From NCBI GenBank assembly GCA_031370005.1, contig JANMPT010000110.1, positions 120,500 to 184,499 on the forward strand: a stretch of 64,000 bases of DNA, given 5' to 3'. How positions within the stretch are numbered: position 1 is the stretch's first letter; every line of letters begins with the position of its first letter. The position numbers and the translations under genes are program-made. Of the stretch, positions 19,123 through 29,371 are shown one piece after another. This stretch comes from Bdellovibrionales bacterium (GTDB lineage Bacteria; Bdellovibrionota; Bdellovibrionia; Bdellovibrionales; Bdellovibrionaceae). The notes beneath the pieces are model-generated. The model had not been told where the DNA came from. It worked only from the letters and a program-made list of their open reading frames with translations, and did not search any database.

Positions 19123-19999
19123 AAAGGTTCCAGGCGTAGCCGGCGCGGAGGTAGATTATGTTGGCTTTTACTGTTGCTGTGGTTGGGAAAAGTCCGTATT
19201 CCAAAGAAATGGGGATATAATTTTTATTATTCAGACGGATGTCCATCCCCGCTGAGAACACGAAAATCTGATTTGCGCCGAGCTGGCCTGAAGTAAACAC
19301 CGAGCTTGTTGGGCTCGACATTGGATACAGATAACCTGAACCAACGCCAATCCAAGATTTATAATTCCCCTGAGTGAAGTTCCAACGGCCATAGCCATAT
19401 AAAGACAGGTAAGAGATCTTCAGATCACAATTTGTCGTACATGACGTTCCAGGAGACGTGGAACTATTGCTGCCGGCAACCCCATAGGTTTCTAGTCCTC
19501 CTATGGCGCGAAGGGTAATACTCGGGGAAATAGCATAATCATAGAAACCAAGAGCGCCAAAACCAGTACCAGTCATGTTAGTTGTAATGCTTGAAGTTTG
19601 TACCGCCATGGAGTTCATCAAATAGCCACCGATAATGCCCCATGAGTTTCCATTATGAATTTTCTGATTAAGTTTTCGGTCATAATAGTTATCACCTGAA
19701 GACGCGGATGAAGCATTGGTAGACGTAGTGCCGCCATGAGCTTGAAGACTATATCCTGGTCGAGCAGTGCCTTTCACAATCTCTGCAATAGCGCGGTCGC
19801 CTTTTACCTGAGTGATTTTCACAATTGCTACTTTTTTTCCTTGAGCATTTATAATAAAAAACTCACTGCCAGGTGAAGTGCTTTCTCCTTCAAGTAAGAT
19901 CAGGATTTTATTGTTTTTAACCAAAGATACTTTTGCGGCCAGAGCAGCATACGTTTGAAGGAAAATAGAAAGAGCGAAAATGACACTATATTTCTTCAC
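19121..19999 (-). CDS. Exported two-domain protein: small N-terminal beta domain, Ser/Thr linker, probable outer-membrane beta-barrel
   Basis: Signal peptide (..YAALA); C-terminal YLRAGYAWNL resembles a beta-signal; GTG start after AGGAG. Confidence 0.65.
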   Translation of the reverse strand: MKKYSVIFALSIFLQTYAALAAKVSLVKNNKILILLEGESTSPGSEFFIINAQGKKVAIVKITQVKGDRAIAEIVKGTARPGYSLQAHGGTTSTNASSASSGDNYYDRKLNQKIHNGNSWGIIGGYLMNSMAVQTSSITTNMTGTGFGALGFYDYAISPSITLRAIGGLETYGVAGSNSSTSPGTSCTTNCDLKISYLSLYGYGRWNFTQGNYKSWIGVGSGYLYPMSSPTSSVFTSGQLGANQIFVFSAGMDIRLNNKNYIPISLEYGLFPTTATVKANIIYLRAGYAWNL

Positions 20000-20079
20000 A
20001 CCAATGGCTCCTAGTTAGACGGACACATCCTTATTGTAGTTTCATTCAGAAATCGCGGGGTGGCAATCTAGCTTAGACC

Positions 20080-20481
20080 TCAGTCGAGATTGATAAGGCT
20101 GCGAGAGAGCTCGCTAAGAAAGCTTTTTTTATAGATGAGCCATGTTTTCTTAGATTCGAACTTGTAAGTACAAGACTCTGTGGTGCTCGTTGGGTTACTC
20201 GCATCGGTCTTAGAGAAAACTGTGATTTTTATTTCTCCGTTTTTTATATTATCTCTCCAAACCTCATAGTCTGGATGCATTTCAACTAACTCATGGCTGC
20301 TTTTGGGGAACTCTTCTTTAAACCAAGTCTCTGCAGCACTCAGATCGCGACAGCTTTGGAGCGAGAACGCCTGGATAGAATTAGGTGCATTTTCTTCAAA
20401 TTGCTTGCGGCCTGCAGAGCTGTATACGGAGCAGGAAGTTAGAAGCATTAAACTAAGAAAGAGTATCATTGTATTAAGCAT
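20080..20481 (-). CDS. Hypothetical lipoprotein
   Basis: Lipobox LLTSC after a hydrophobic core; two additional Cys residues. Confidence 0.65.
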   Translation of the reverse strand: MLNTMILFLSLMLLTSCSVYSSAGRKQFEENAPNSIQAFSLQSCRDLSAAETWFKEEFPKSSHELVEMHPDYEVWRDNIKNGEIKITVFSKTDASNPTSTTESCTYKFESKKTWLIYKKSFLSELSRSLINLD

Positions 20482-20512
20482 TGAATAAAATTCTATGCTG
20501 AAGCTCTAGAAG

Positions 20513-20549
20513 AAGAAAAGACCCGTTTTTATTAAACGGGTCTTTTCTT
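20513..20549 (-). terminator. Rho-independent terminator after ssb (bidirectional geometry)
   Basis: Perfect 16-bp inverted repeat AAGAAAAGACCCGTTT-ttatt-AAACGGGTCTTTTCTT. Confidence 0.85.
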
Positions 20550-20576
20550 AATGATCATGGAAAATATTTGAGCGTC

Positions 20577-21020
20577 TTAGAATGGAATATCGTCGGAGCT
20601 GCTGAAGCTTGGTTCTGGACCAAAATCTTGAAAACCTAAGTCTTCGCCATTTGAAGCGCTTTTAGTGTTATCAGCTGATCGCTCATTGCCCGCAGAGCCT
20701 AAGAATTGAACTGTATTTGCAACGATTTCAGTTGTGTATTTCTTTTGACCTTGTTGGTCTTCCCAAGAGCGAGTTTGTAAACGACCTTCCACGTAGACTT
20801 GGCGCCCTTTGCTTAAATGCTTTCCACAGATCTCTGCAAGTTTACCCCAAACAACAACACGGTGCCATTCAGTGCGCTCTTGCTTTTGCCCATCCTTGCC
20901 CACCCAGTTTTCGCTTGTGGCGATGTTTAAACGAGTGACCGTGCTACCTTGGCCAACGGCTTTAACTTCAGGGTCAGCTCCTAAGCGGCCTATGATAATA
21001 ACTTTATTTACACCAGACAT
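20577..21020 (-). CDS. ssb: Single-stranded DNA-binding protein
   Basis: [24 protein letters not shown] and C-terminal DDIPF. Confidence 0.99.
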   Translation of the reverse strand: MSGVNKVIIIGRLGADPEVKAVGQGSTVTRLNIATSENWVGKDGQKQERTEWHRVVVWGKLAEICGKHLSKGRQVYVEGRLQTRSWEDQQGQKKYTTEIVANTVQFLGSAGNERSADNTKSASNGEDLGFQDFGPEPSFSSSDDIPF

Positions 21021-21200
21021 AATCCCTCCAATGAGACACTAAGGTTCTTGTAATTATTGAGAAGCTTGTCAATAAAGACTTCAAAAAGCTTCTAAGTTTG
21101 CCCGCTTAGTGAGCAAGAAAAAGGCCAGGTAGAGGGTGAAAGGCCTTAGTTTTGGCTTAAGCTGGTATTTGAGTTTCGGACGGAAAAAATGCCCACCGGA

Positions 21201-22169
21201 CTAACGCGCAGCGCCTATTGAAGGAGGAGTCATGGTGTTTGCCGCTGATATCTTAAATTTGTATTCAGAACCATCTGAGGTTGCTGTTTTATAGGCATCA
21301 ATAAAAGACAGGAAGAGGGCTGCACGGTCTTGAAAATTACGTTTTGTTCGTAGGTTCACATTAAAGGTATAACCGCCCAATACAGGAGATATGACGCCTC
21401 CAGCGTTTGTTAAAGTGACCTCCATATTGCCAGAGATATTGCCGCGAAGCTCATCGCCTTCTTTACCAATTTGGCCATTTTCGATGATGAGTTTCCCACC
21501 AGCAAGACGTCCTTTAAGTTCAATTGTGGACAATTTTAAATCTGGCAAAGTTAAAGGTCCCATGGGCGTCATCACATTGGATGGGGGCAGCTCGAATTGG
21601 CTAATGCTAAAGTTCACTTCCATATCCGGTTGCTCTATGAAAGCCAGGTCCACCAGGGCTGTGGATTCGAGGTTTAAATTTCCCTTCATCATCACAGGAA
21701 GTTGAGCCACCTCGCGAAGGTCTTGAAGGCTGAGTTTTTGCGCGTTGATTTCAATTTTTTGCCTCTCAACGCCATTTTCAGATCGGGTACCAGGTTTTAC
21801 GCTGATTTGAACGTTACCTTTGAAAAGACCCTTCGCATACATTACCCCATAGGGTTTTTGTGAAATCAATCCGCTGATTGAAGGAGTAAAACGGATTTCA
21901 TGAGCGGAAACTCCAGGGATACCTTGGGCTTCAACAAAAATCTGTTCAAACTTCACTCCTGGAGAGGGGAAGATGGACATCTTAAGTTCCTCAAATTGCA
22001 AAAACAATTTATTGCCAGACAAACGAGCGACTTGTGAGGAAACCAAATCGCCAAGGTCATTCACGGGAAACAGAATCAACAGAAAGGCCACTGTTGAGAT
22101 CAGCATCACAAGCAATTTTAATTTTGAATTAAAGAGGATACGAAAGGCTTTCTGGACGAACTCCATCAT
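21201..22169 (-). CDS. gspN: Type II secretion system protein N
   Basis: N-terminal TM ending LFP, followed by a beta-rich periplasmic domain; last gene of the gsp operon. Confidence 0.75.
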   Translation of the reverse strand: MMEFVQKAFRILFNSKLKLLVMLISTVAFLLILFPVNDLGDLVSSQVARLSGNKLFLQFEELKMSIFPSPGVKFEQIFVEAQGIPGVSAHEIRFTPSISGLISQKPYGVMYAKGLFKGNVQISVKPGTRSENGVERQKIEINAQKLSLQDLREVAQLPVMMKGNLNLESTALVDLAFIEQPDMEVNFSISQFELPPSNVMTPMGPLTLPDLKLSTIELKGRLAGGKLIIENGQIGKEGDELRGNISGNMEVTLTNAGGVISPVLGGYTFNVNLRTKRNFQDRAALFLSFIDAYKTATSDGSEYKFKISAANTMTPPSIGAAR

Positions 22170-22864
22170 TAGCGATTCCCTCTTTTAAAGGATTTCTTCT
22201 TGGAAGAGTCCTTATGGTCACTGTTTTCAGCAGCATCAGGAGTTTCTAGGTGAGCCTGAGGAACAGCGAGGGACACCAATCGCATCTCCATATCAAGATA
22301 TCGAGAATCTTCCTGGTTTGTCGAAATATTCAAAGAATTCATTTTAACACTAGGACTGATATTTTGAATATTGTAGCCAAGGTCCACAATTTGTCGAAGG
22401 TTTAATTTCGCGAGAGAAATTTTCAAACCTGACTCAAGTAAATTCTTTGGAATCAGTCCGGTCTCTGCAGAAATGATTTCGATAGCTTTTATTTGCTCAG
22501 GTAATAGATGAGCTATACTGAGCTGATTCTCGACATTGCTTTTTAGAATTTCGGCAGTAGGAGCAACAGGAAGATCGGGGACTTCGGAGGACTCCCGAGT
22601 CACTTTCAATAATTCACGAATAAGACTTCGCTTTGCCTCGTAAGTTGAGATATTTGCAGTAGATTGAGAGTAATAAGAATAGGGAATAGAGATAACCATA
22701 AGGGCCATCAGAGCGCCAGCACCCATCATGGTTAACATTTGATGGGTCGGGCTGAGATTCTCGAAACGATCTTTCAGTTGATTATAGAAAGAGGTCTCCT
22801 CGATACGAGACCAGCCTTGTCTCAGGTGAGATTTTAAATTGTCTTTTAAATCGTCAATATTCAT
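22169..22864 (-). CDS. gspM: Type II secretion protein M-like
   Basis: FENLSPTHQ then TM, coiled coil and ferredoxin-like C-terminus; lies between gspL and gspN. Confidence 0.65.
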   Translation of the reverse strand: MNIDDLKDNLKSHLRQGWSRIEETSFYNQLKDRFENLSPTHQMLTMMGAGALMALMVISIPYSYYSQSTANISTYEAKRSLIRELLKVTRESSEVPDLPVAPTAEILKSNVENQLSIAHLLPEQIKAIEIISAETGLIPKNLLESGLKISLAKLNLRQIVDLGYNIQNISPSVKMNSLNISTNQEDSRYLDMEMRLVSLAVPQAHLETPDAAENSDHKDSSKKKSFKRGNR

Positions 22865-22871
22865 CTTTCAC

Positions 22872-24542
22872 CTATTGAATGCTTTTTGTAATACCACGGG
22901 CAACTTTGAAATTAAATGAAAATGCTGTTTTGCCAATTGCAGGTTTTAGCTGAGTGGCGCGAGCCGAAACGACACCGTCTATTGCTAAATTACTGAGTGC
23001 TTGCTGGAAGGCGGATAGTTCTTTGACATTGCTCACATAACCCTCGAGAGAGACCTCACTGTCGCGAATATGAAGACTTTTCATGTCAAGAGTGATGACA
23101 TTTTTTGAGGGTGCTGCATCGCTGATTTTTTTTAGAATCTCTATGGCTGAGTTCATAGAAGCTACGCTCGCAAGAGTCCTTAGATCAGCGGCACGCTTTT
23201 TATTTTCACGAATATACTTTTTAAGATTGGCCTCGGTGGCCTTTTTGCCAGATAGTTTAGCAACATTTTTAGCTTGAGTTTTCAAAGCCTCCTCAGCGCG
23301 ATCAGCAAGCTCCATAGTGAATGTTTCGCGCAACATCGAGTAAGCAAAGAAGATTACAAGAGCGGCAGTGGCTACCTTGAGGGTTGGCGCCCATTTTTGC
23401 CAGAGATTTTTTGCATAATTATTTTGTTTTGCAAATTCACCTTTAAGGAAGTTTACCGCAGGATTGCGCGGTTTTTTAAGTCCTTCAATTGCGATTCCCA
23501 AAGCCATTCCAAAAGTAGAGTCCGTTTTGGTACTTCTTTCAAAAAGGATATTTGGGACTAAGTCTAATGGATAAATTTTATTTGCTGGAAGTTCTAATTG
23601 TTGAGTTAAGAATGGACCTAGGTTTTTAATACTGGAAGAGCCGCCTGTTAGGCCGATTTGAGAGATCACGGCATTGAACTCAATTTTAAATTCAAGAATT
23701 GATAGTTGCAAATCGCGCACGAGCTCACGCACTGACTTTGCGATAGTTTCAGAGAAAGTGATTTGATCGAAAGTCGCCCCATGTTTATTTGTCAAAATAA
23801 AGGCTTTGTTCTGGACTTCTTTTAGAGCATCAAGGTATGGAATTTCATATTTTTTTGCTACTGCATCTGCGATGTTTTTTGCACCCCATAAGACAGTTCT
23901 AACACCAACTAGTGAGTTGTTTTCAAAGGCGCAAACTAATGTTCGAGTATGTCCCATGTTCAGGGTCAAATGAATGCTGCGTTCGGGACGAATTGCGCCT
24001 TCAAGCAAACTGGTCTCAACGGCGGGGAATGCTGGTGGGAAATCATTCCATTTTTCAAAAATATTAGCGAAAGCAGTGCCCTCAGTGGAAATGATCGCCG
24101 GTTCAATATTGGCATCTGAGCATCTTTGCAACAAAGTACGGATATGATGCTTAGGAGCTGCGCAGGCGAGAACCTCTGCAGAGTTGCCTATGGTGCGAAT
24201 AGTTTTGGCATCAAAAATGGAGTTCTCGCCAGAGAAAGGGATTTCTTCTTCAAGTTCGAAAGCTAAGCTTTTAGAAATTTTTAGTCGGTCGTTAAAAGGA
24301 AAAATTTTATTACGAATGCTGACCTGATCTTGGCGAAGGACAAGACAGTATCGGGTGGATGAAGGATCATACTTTGCAGAAATTTCTCTTAAGAACTCAA
24401 TAATTTCAATTTCTTGATCATGGGCCTGATTTAGTCCAAGCGGGCGTTCAAAGCACTGAGTGACTTGAAAACCTTTACTTGTAGTTAGCATTTCTACAAC
24501 TTTAATGCTGCTACTGCCAATGTCGATTCCAATAGATCTCAT
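22872..24542 (-). CDS. gspL: Type II secretion protein L (PilM-like actin-fold domain fused to a PilN-like domain)
   Basis: MRSIGIDIGSSSIKVV, LTGGSS, VNFLKGEF, TM, periplasmic domain. Start moved to ATG 24542. Confidence 0.8.
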   Translation of the reverse strand: MRSIGIDIGSSSIKVVEMLTTSKGFQVTQCFERPLGLNQAHDQEIEIIEFLREISAKYDPSSTRYCLVLRQDQVSIRNKIFPFNDRLKISKSLAFELEEEIPFSGENSIFDAKTIRTIGNSAEVLACAAPKHHIRTLLQRCSDANIEPAIISTEGTAFANIFEKWNDFPPAFPAVETSLLEGAIRPERSIHLTLNMGHTRTLVCAFENNSLVGVRTVLWGAKNIADAVAKKYEIPYLDALKEVQNKAFILTNKHGATFDQITFSETIAKSVRELVRDLQLSILEFKIEFNAVISQIGLTGGSSSIKNLGPFLTQQLELPANKIYPLDLVPNILFERSTKTDSTFGMALGIAIEGLKKPRNPAVNFLKGEFAKQNNYAKNLWQKWAPTLKVATAALVIFFAYSMLRETFTMELADRAEEALKTQAKNVAKLSGKKATEANLKKYIRENKKRAADLRTLASVASMNSAIEILKKISDAAPSKNVITLDMKSLHIRDSEVSLEGYVSNVKELSAFQQALSNLAIDGVVSARATQLKPAIGKTAFSFNFKVARGITKSIQ

Positions 24543-24561
24543 GTATGCCCTTTTTAAACGT

Positions 24562-25758
24562 TTATCGCTCGCTCCAGTATACAATCCTAGGTGGGCCTTT
24601 GGGAAGCGCAGGGGTCTGACTTTGGGCTTGGTTTTGTGCAGGTTTCCCGCCGGAGGCATCTTTCTTCTCTTTATCGACGTAAGCCCTCACTGTGCTTGCG
24701 ACACCTTGTAGGTCCATGACGATTACGGTGATCTCACGGGAGACACCCGCGTATTCGCCAGTACTTTTGATTCTGAAATTCATAACCTTATCGAAAATCA
24801 AGGGGGTTTCTTCAGTTTTTTCACCTAAGCGGACGCCTTTTCCAGTGATAAAGCTCCAGAATTCTTCTTTATTTTTAAAAGGACCACCTTCACTTGGAGT
24901 GTCGCGGTGTTTGATGATGGCATCGGCAATTTCATCGGTAATCTCAGAACCCAGGGACTTGAGGACTTCCTTGCTGGCTTGATTGGGGTTGATGGCCTTC
25001 ATCCCATAGATTGTGATACTTGGCTCAAGCAATTCATAAAAATCTTCACTCATCCCTGGCACTAAACGTAATTCTTGAATGGTGCGAAACCCGCGATTGG
25101 GTGGATAGTTTTCGGGATACTCGTTATAGCCTTGGCGTTTGTCACCACCGTTAACGCCGGTTTTAACATTTGATTGCCAGTCGGTGATTGCATTTACAAG
25201 CTCTTCAAAACGATAGTTGCCGTATTTGCGCTGAAATTCCTCATCACTTTTGAGCTTGCCTTGGAAAATTTCAAGTAAGCGGCGGCGAGTGGATTCTTGC
25301 AAAGCTTTTGACGGCGAAACCAAATCACCGATATCTAGCTTGGATCCCTCATCTTCAATAGTGACTACGTAGGAAGCATCCATAATTGATTCTTTCAAAC
25401 TACTTTTGATACTGTCTTTGTCAACAGCACTAAGGCCGTCGGGAATGGGGACAGGCCAGGCAAAGGGGAATTTCCAGATCTGATCAAGCATTTCAGATTG
25501 ACCGCCCAGCTGTTTGCCAAATTGTGAGCTGGCTTGTTGAAAGGTTTTAATCCGTAAAAGGCTTAACTCAACGCCAGAGCGAGCAGCATAGTAGGCTTTC
25601 AGACGGTTTAGGGAATTGACGTTGACATTATACTCAACCAAGGAATCGTAAGAGACCTCCATGGCGATATAAGAAATCAATAGCACACAAGTAATGGCCA
25701 AGATGAGCGCCATTCCCTTTTGGTTATTGAGTAGTTTGAGTCCCACCGGTGTTCGCAT
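24562..25758 (-). CDS. gspK: Minor pseudopilin GspK
   Basis: QKG|MALILA prepilin site without Glu5; ELRLVPGM and INPNQAS motifs. Start uncertain (25758-25803). Confidence 0.88.
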   Translation of the reverse strand: MRTPVGLKLLNNQKGMALILAITCVLLISYIAMEVSYDSLVEYNVNVNSLNRLKAYYAARSGVELSLLRIKTFQQASSQFGKQLGGQSEMLDQIWKFPFAWPVPIPDGLSAVDKDSIKSSLKESIMDASYVVTIEDEGSKLDIGDLVSPSKALQESTRRRLLEIFQGKLKSDEEFQRKYGNYRFEELVNAITDWQSNVKTGVNGGDKRQGYNEYPENYPPNRGFRTIQELRLVPGMSEDFYELLEPSITIYGMKAINPNQASKEVLKSLGSEITDEIADAIIKHRDTPSEGGPFKNKEEFWSFITGKGVRLGEKTEETPLIFDKVMNFRIKSTGEYAGVSREITVIVMDLQGVASTVRAYVDKEKKDASGGKPAQNQAQSQTPALPKGPPRIVYWSER

Positions 25759-26548
25759 TATTACTTGCCTCATCGTTATTCGGAAATCTAATTTGTGCGA
25801 CAATTTGCATAGAATACTTTTTCTTTTTTACCCCAGCGCCATGCTCAATGGTTAGAGAGATTTCAACAGCTGTGGGAAATTTTCCCTTAGTGGCTGCATC
25901 TCCGCCATTGTCCGTGCGCCAGACAGTGACCCAATCATCTTTACCTTTTCCAATATAGCGAAGTTTGAACTCTGTGATGTTTTCTAACAAAACAACTTCA
26001 TCGCCACCTTTTGTGACATCATCGTCCACCCAACTAGTGGTTCGGCGCCAAAGACATTGTGAACTTCCCTGTTCCGCACTGAGGCTTTTACATGACTTCA
26101 AAGAATACCCCACTTCCATAAAATCCGCCTGCCGCATATTGCGAATCATGCGAGCGTTATTCATGGTGACGAAATCCACGGTGTTTTCAGTTCCCACAAA
26201 ATGAGTCGTAGGGTCAGAGCGTTTGGCCTCATCTGGATTTTGTTGAGGTACGGGGGTTGGAACCGGAAGTGGAGCTCCTGGAACTGGCGCTATAGGCTTG
26301 TTAGTTAAATCGGTGATTTCTTTTTCCACGTCTCGATAGTGATAAGCTTGATTGATATCGGCCTCTAATAAACGCAAGGCATCGCGCATCCTGGATACGT
26401 CATCAATTTGTTCTTGGATTTTCCCTTTTTGTTTAATTGCCTGTTGAATGCTTTGGGTCGCCAGCAAAGTAAGAGCGCTAAGGATAGCAACTGTGATCAT
26501 CATTTCAATCAACGTAAAACCATCTTGAGATTTAAAACGGAGTCGCAT
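25724..26548 (-). CDS. gspJ: Minor pseudopilin GspJ
   Basis: G|FTLIEMM prepilin motif; C-terminal PTAVEISLTI. Confidence 0.85.
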   Translation of the reverse strand: MRLRFKSQDGFTLIEMMITVAILSALTLLATQSIQQAIKQKGKIQEQIDDVSRMRDALRLLEADINQAYHYRDVEKEITDLTNKPIAPVPGAPLPVPTPVPQQNPDEAKRSDPTTHFVGTENTVDFVTMNNARMIRNMRQADFMEVGYSLKSCKSLSAEQGSSQCLWRRTTSWVDDDVTKGGDEVVLLENITEFKLRYIGKGKDDWVTVWRTDNGGDAATKGKFPTAVEISLTIEHGAGVKKKKYSMQIVAQIRFPNNDEASNNANTGGTQTTQ

Positions 26549-27072
26549 TATTGACCTCCGCCAGGCGCTGGGGCTGCGGCGCCACCGACCGAAAGAGGCT
26601 TATCGTAATCAGCAAAGTAAGTGACCACAGAATATTCGAGGGGTTTTTTCCCACCGGTATAGATAACAGAAACTTTTACTTCTTTGATAGTTTTTGCAAG
26701 ATGATCAGTGAGTTGCTGGATCATCATCATTAGCATTTCATTGGCACCGCCCTCTTGACTCATCAAGATGGAGGACAGATTCGGTACTTGAAATTCTTTT
26801 GAAGTCATTTTCCAACGATATTTCGGATTTTCGGAGCCGAAGTCGTCTTCTTTTTCCTCTGGGATGGTCTCAAGGGGTTTGCCGCGGTATTCGAGATCGA
26901 TTTCGGCCATTTTCCGTTCTAACAAAGCAGAGACATCTTGATTAAGTTGTGTTTTGCGGATGCGTAAATAGCTGCCACTCCAGGATTGCGTTAAGAGCAA
27001 AATACCCATGGAGAGAATCACTACTGCCAGCAGTGTTTCTAACAATGTGAAGCCTTTTTTGTTTTTGATCAC
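26548..27072 (-). CDS. gspI: Minor pseudopilin GspI
   Basis: KKG|FTLLE prepilin motif; YRW motif; operon position. Confidence 0.82.
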   Translation of the reverse strand: MIKNKKGFTLLETLLAVVILSMGILLLTQSWSGSYLRIRKTQLNQDVSALLERKMAEIDLEYRGKPLETIPEEKEDDFGSENPKYRWKMTSKEFQVPNLSSILMSQEGGANEMLMMMIQQLTDHLAKTIKEVKVSVIYTGGKKPLEYSVVTYFADYDKPLSVGGAAAPAPGGGQ

Positions 27073-27662
27073 CGACTTAATTCCTTTAAGCTCACGGCTT
27101 TTTCAACAATATCAGCTTGACCTGTTAGGGGATTAAAGACAAGCGTCCAGGTGTTTTTCTTGTCGCTAAGTTGGATTGCAGAGGCTTCCATCAATCCCTC
27201 TGGAAAGAAGTGAATATAAGCCAGTCCATTTGTGACTGGTTGAGACATATTGATGGTTTCAACTTGAACAAAATGCAGATTTGGCGACAGAATTTTTTCT
27301 TTTTTCGATAATCTTTTATCTATTTGAAAAAGTGGAGGGGGAGCGCCCTCTTCAGGCTTTTTATCTTTGTTTTTGCCTTCGATTTCTTCTTTTAATTTTT
27401 CTTTGTCGATAAGAGCTGGACCATTGGATCTTTCAACCCAATAGGATTCCTGACCTGTTTCGATGTGAATTACGAGGCGGTAGGTGGAATTAAAAAGCTT
27501 GGCGTGGTTGCGGATTTCTTTAACTAGAACCGTTAGTTGACGGGCAGCGGTTTTTATATTGGCGTCTTTTTTGAGTAGACGAGGGGCGCCAACTGCAATG
27601 AGACCAGCGATGATGGCGATCACAATCATGACTTCAATGAGAGTGAAGCCCTTTTTGCTCAT
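27069..27662 (-). CDS. gspH: Minor pseudopilin GspH
   Basis: KKG|FTLIEVM and IHFFPEG. Start at ATG 27662 after AGGGAG. Confidence 0.82.
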   Translation of the reverse strand: MSKKGFTLIEVMIVIAIIAGLIAVGAPRLLKKDANIKTAARQLTVLVKEIRNHAKLFNSTYRLVIHIETGQESYWVERSNGPALIDKEKLKEEIEGKNKDKKPEEGAPPPLFQIDKRLSKKEKILSPNLHFVQVETINMSQPVTNGLAYIHFFPEGLMEASAIQLSDKKNTWTLVFNPLTGQADIVEKAVSLKELSR

Positions 27663-27678
27663 GAGACTCCCTGGAGTT

Positions 27679-28092
27679 CTATTGTTCGTACTGAATATCG
27701 GCACCGTAACCGGAGCCACCTTCACGACCATCTTTTCCGAGAGATTTTAGAGAATACTCTGAGCCATTGAGTTCGTAGACGAAAGGATTGCCCCAAGGAT
27801 CTACTGGGTCTTTTTTTAAGTAAGCTTCAGGTCCCCAACTCGGACAGTTGGAATCTGGCTTTACTAAGTTGTCAAGAGTCTGGGGAAACTTACCGCAATC
27901 GTTGTAGTACATACTCAGGGCATTGGCTATTTGACCCATGTGAATTTTTGCTTGTCCAACATTGGCTTTGTCCTTTTGACCCAAAAATTTCGGGGCTAAA
28001 AGAGCCATAAGTCCAGCAAGAATTGCGATGACAATCATAATCTCAATGAGTGTCATACCTTTTTGATTGCCAATTAAACTGTTCAGTTTCAT
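27679..28092 (-). CDS. gspG: Major pseudopilin GspG
   Basis: G|MTLIEIM; DPWGNPFVY..SLGKDGREGG..ADI. Confidence 0.95.
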   Translation of the reverse strand: MKLNSLIGNQKGMTLIEIMIVIAILAGLMALLAPKFLGQKDKANVGQAKIHMGQIANALSMYYNDCGKFPQTLDNLVKPDSNCPSWGPEAYLKKDPVDPWGNPFVYELNGSEYSLKSLGKDGREGGSGYGADIQYEQ

Positions 28093-28125
28093 GGAATTTG
28101 CCTCCGCATCGGTAGAGAGACTACT

Positions 28126-29346
28126 TTAGCCAAAGGCGCTTGTCATGTCAAACATCGGTAGCATGACTGAGAAGACGATTACTGCAATGACAAGCCCCAT
28201 AATGACGATCACTACAGGACCTAGGAGGCCTGTCAAGCTGTCCACTTTGTTTTTAACTTGGAAATCATAGGCGTCAGAAACCTGACTCAACATGTTTTCA
28301 AGTTCACCAGTTTTTTCACCAATGCTGATCATATGAATCACAATCGGAGGGAATTGCCCTGATTTTTTAAGCGGACCAGCAATCGACTCTCCTTCGCTGA
28401 TATTGCTTCGAGCCTCATCAATAGCTATAGCTAGAACGTGATTGCTTACGACATTGCGAACGATGTCTAAGGCTTGAAGCATGGGAACGCCACCTGTTAA
28501 GAGGGTTGCTAGTGTTCGGGTAAAACGTGTAACAGCAACCATTCTTACAACTGGGCCTGCAATTGGAAGAATCAAAGTAATTGCATCCCATTGCTCAGAG
28601 CCAGTCGGGGACTTCTTCCAACTGTTAAATGCCAAATAAGCTATAAACAAAGCACCAAAAACCAGATACCACCAGTTCACCATAAATGTACTGAAATTTA
28701 CTAAGGCGATAGTGTACCATGGCAGGGTCAGGCCTGGAGCAGACTCAAATACAGTTACCATTTTTGGAATAACGAAAATAAACATAAGTGACAAGAGACC
28801 AAAGGTCACCACCAACATAATAATTGGGTAAGTCATGGCACTGCTGACCTTAGAGCGAAGCTCAGCGGCAGCCTCTGTGAACTCAGCAAGACGAACAAGG
28901 ATGACATCCAAGCTGCCAGACATCTCTCCAGCTTCAACCATAGAAATATAAATTGTATCAAATAGATTTGGATACTTTGAAAGTGCTTTAAAAAAAGGGC
29001 TTCCCTCGTTCACCATGTTTTTACAATCGGCAATGGCCTCTGCAAGCACGGGATTTTCCACTTGTTCAGAAACGGCAGTTAAGCAGTCAACAAGCGGGAT
29101 ATTTGCTTTCACAAGCACTGCCAGCTGGCGAGTCATCAAAGAGAGCTCCTGAACACTAGCCCTTCCGCCACCACCGCCGGCGCGTTTTTTTTTCGCATTG
29201 GAGCTTTTCTTTTTGTCACGAATTTCGACAACGAAAATATTGTCTTTTTTAAGGCGAGTACGGGCCGCGCGCAGATTCTCTGCATCGAGAGTCCCTTTGA
29301 TATTTTTTCCACTTTTGGAAAGACCCTTATACTCGAAAATAGGCAC
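28126..29346 (-). CDS. gspF: T2SS inner-membrane platform protein GspF
   Basis: EAGEMSGSL, AMTYP, IGEKTGELE; three TM segments. Confidence 0.95.
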   Translation of the reverse strand: MPIFEYKGLSKSGKNIKGTLDAENLRAARTRLKKDNIFVVEIRDKKKSSNAKKKRAGGGGGRASVQELSLMTRQLAVLVKANIPLVDCLTAVSEQVENPVLAEAIADCKNMVNEGSPFFKALSKYPNLFDTIYISMVEAGEMSGSLDVILVRLAEFTEAAAELRSKVSSAMTYPIIMLVVTFGLLSLMFIFVIPKMVTVFESAPGLTLPWYTIALVNFSTFMVNWWYLVFGALFIAYLAFNSWKKSPTGSEQWDAITLILPIAGPVVRMVAVTRFTRTLATLLTGGVPMLQALDIVRNVVSNHVLAIAIDEARSNISEGESIAGPLKKSGQFPPIVIHMISIGEKTGELENMLSQVSDAYDFQVKNKVDSLTGLLGPVVIVIMGLVIAVIVFSVMLPMFDMTSAFG

Positions 29347-29371
29347 TCAAAAATCCTCTAAGTAAATATGT

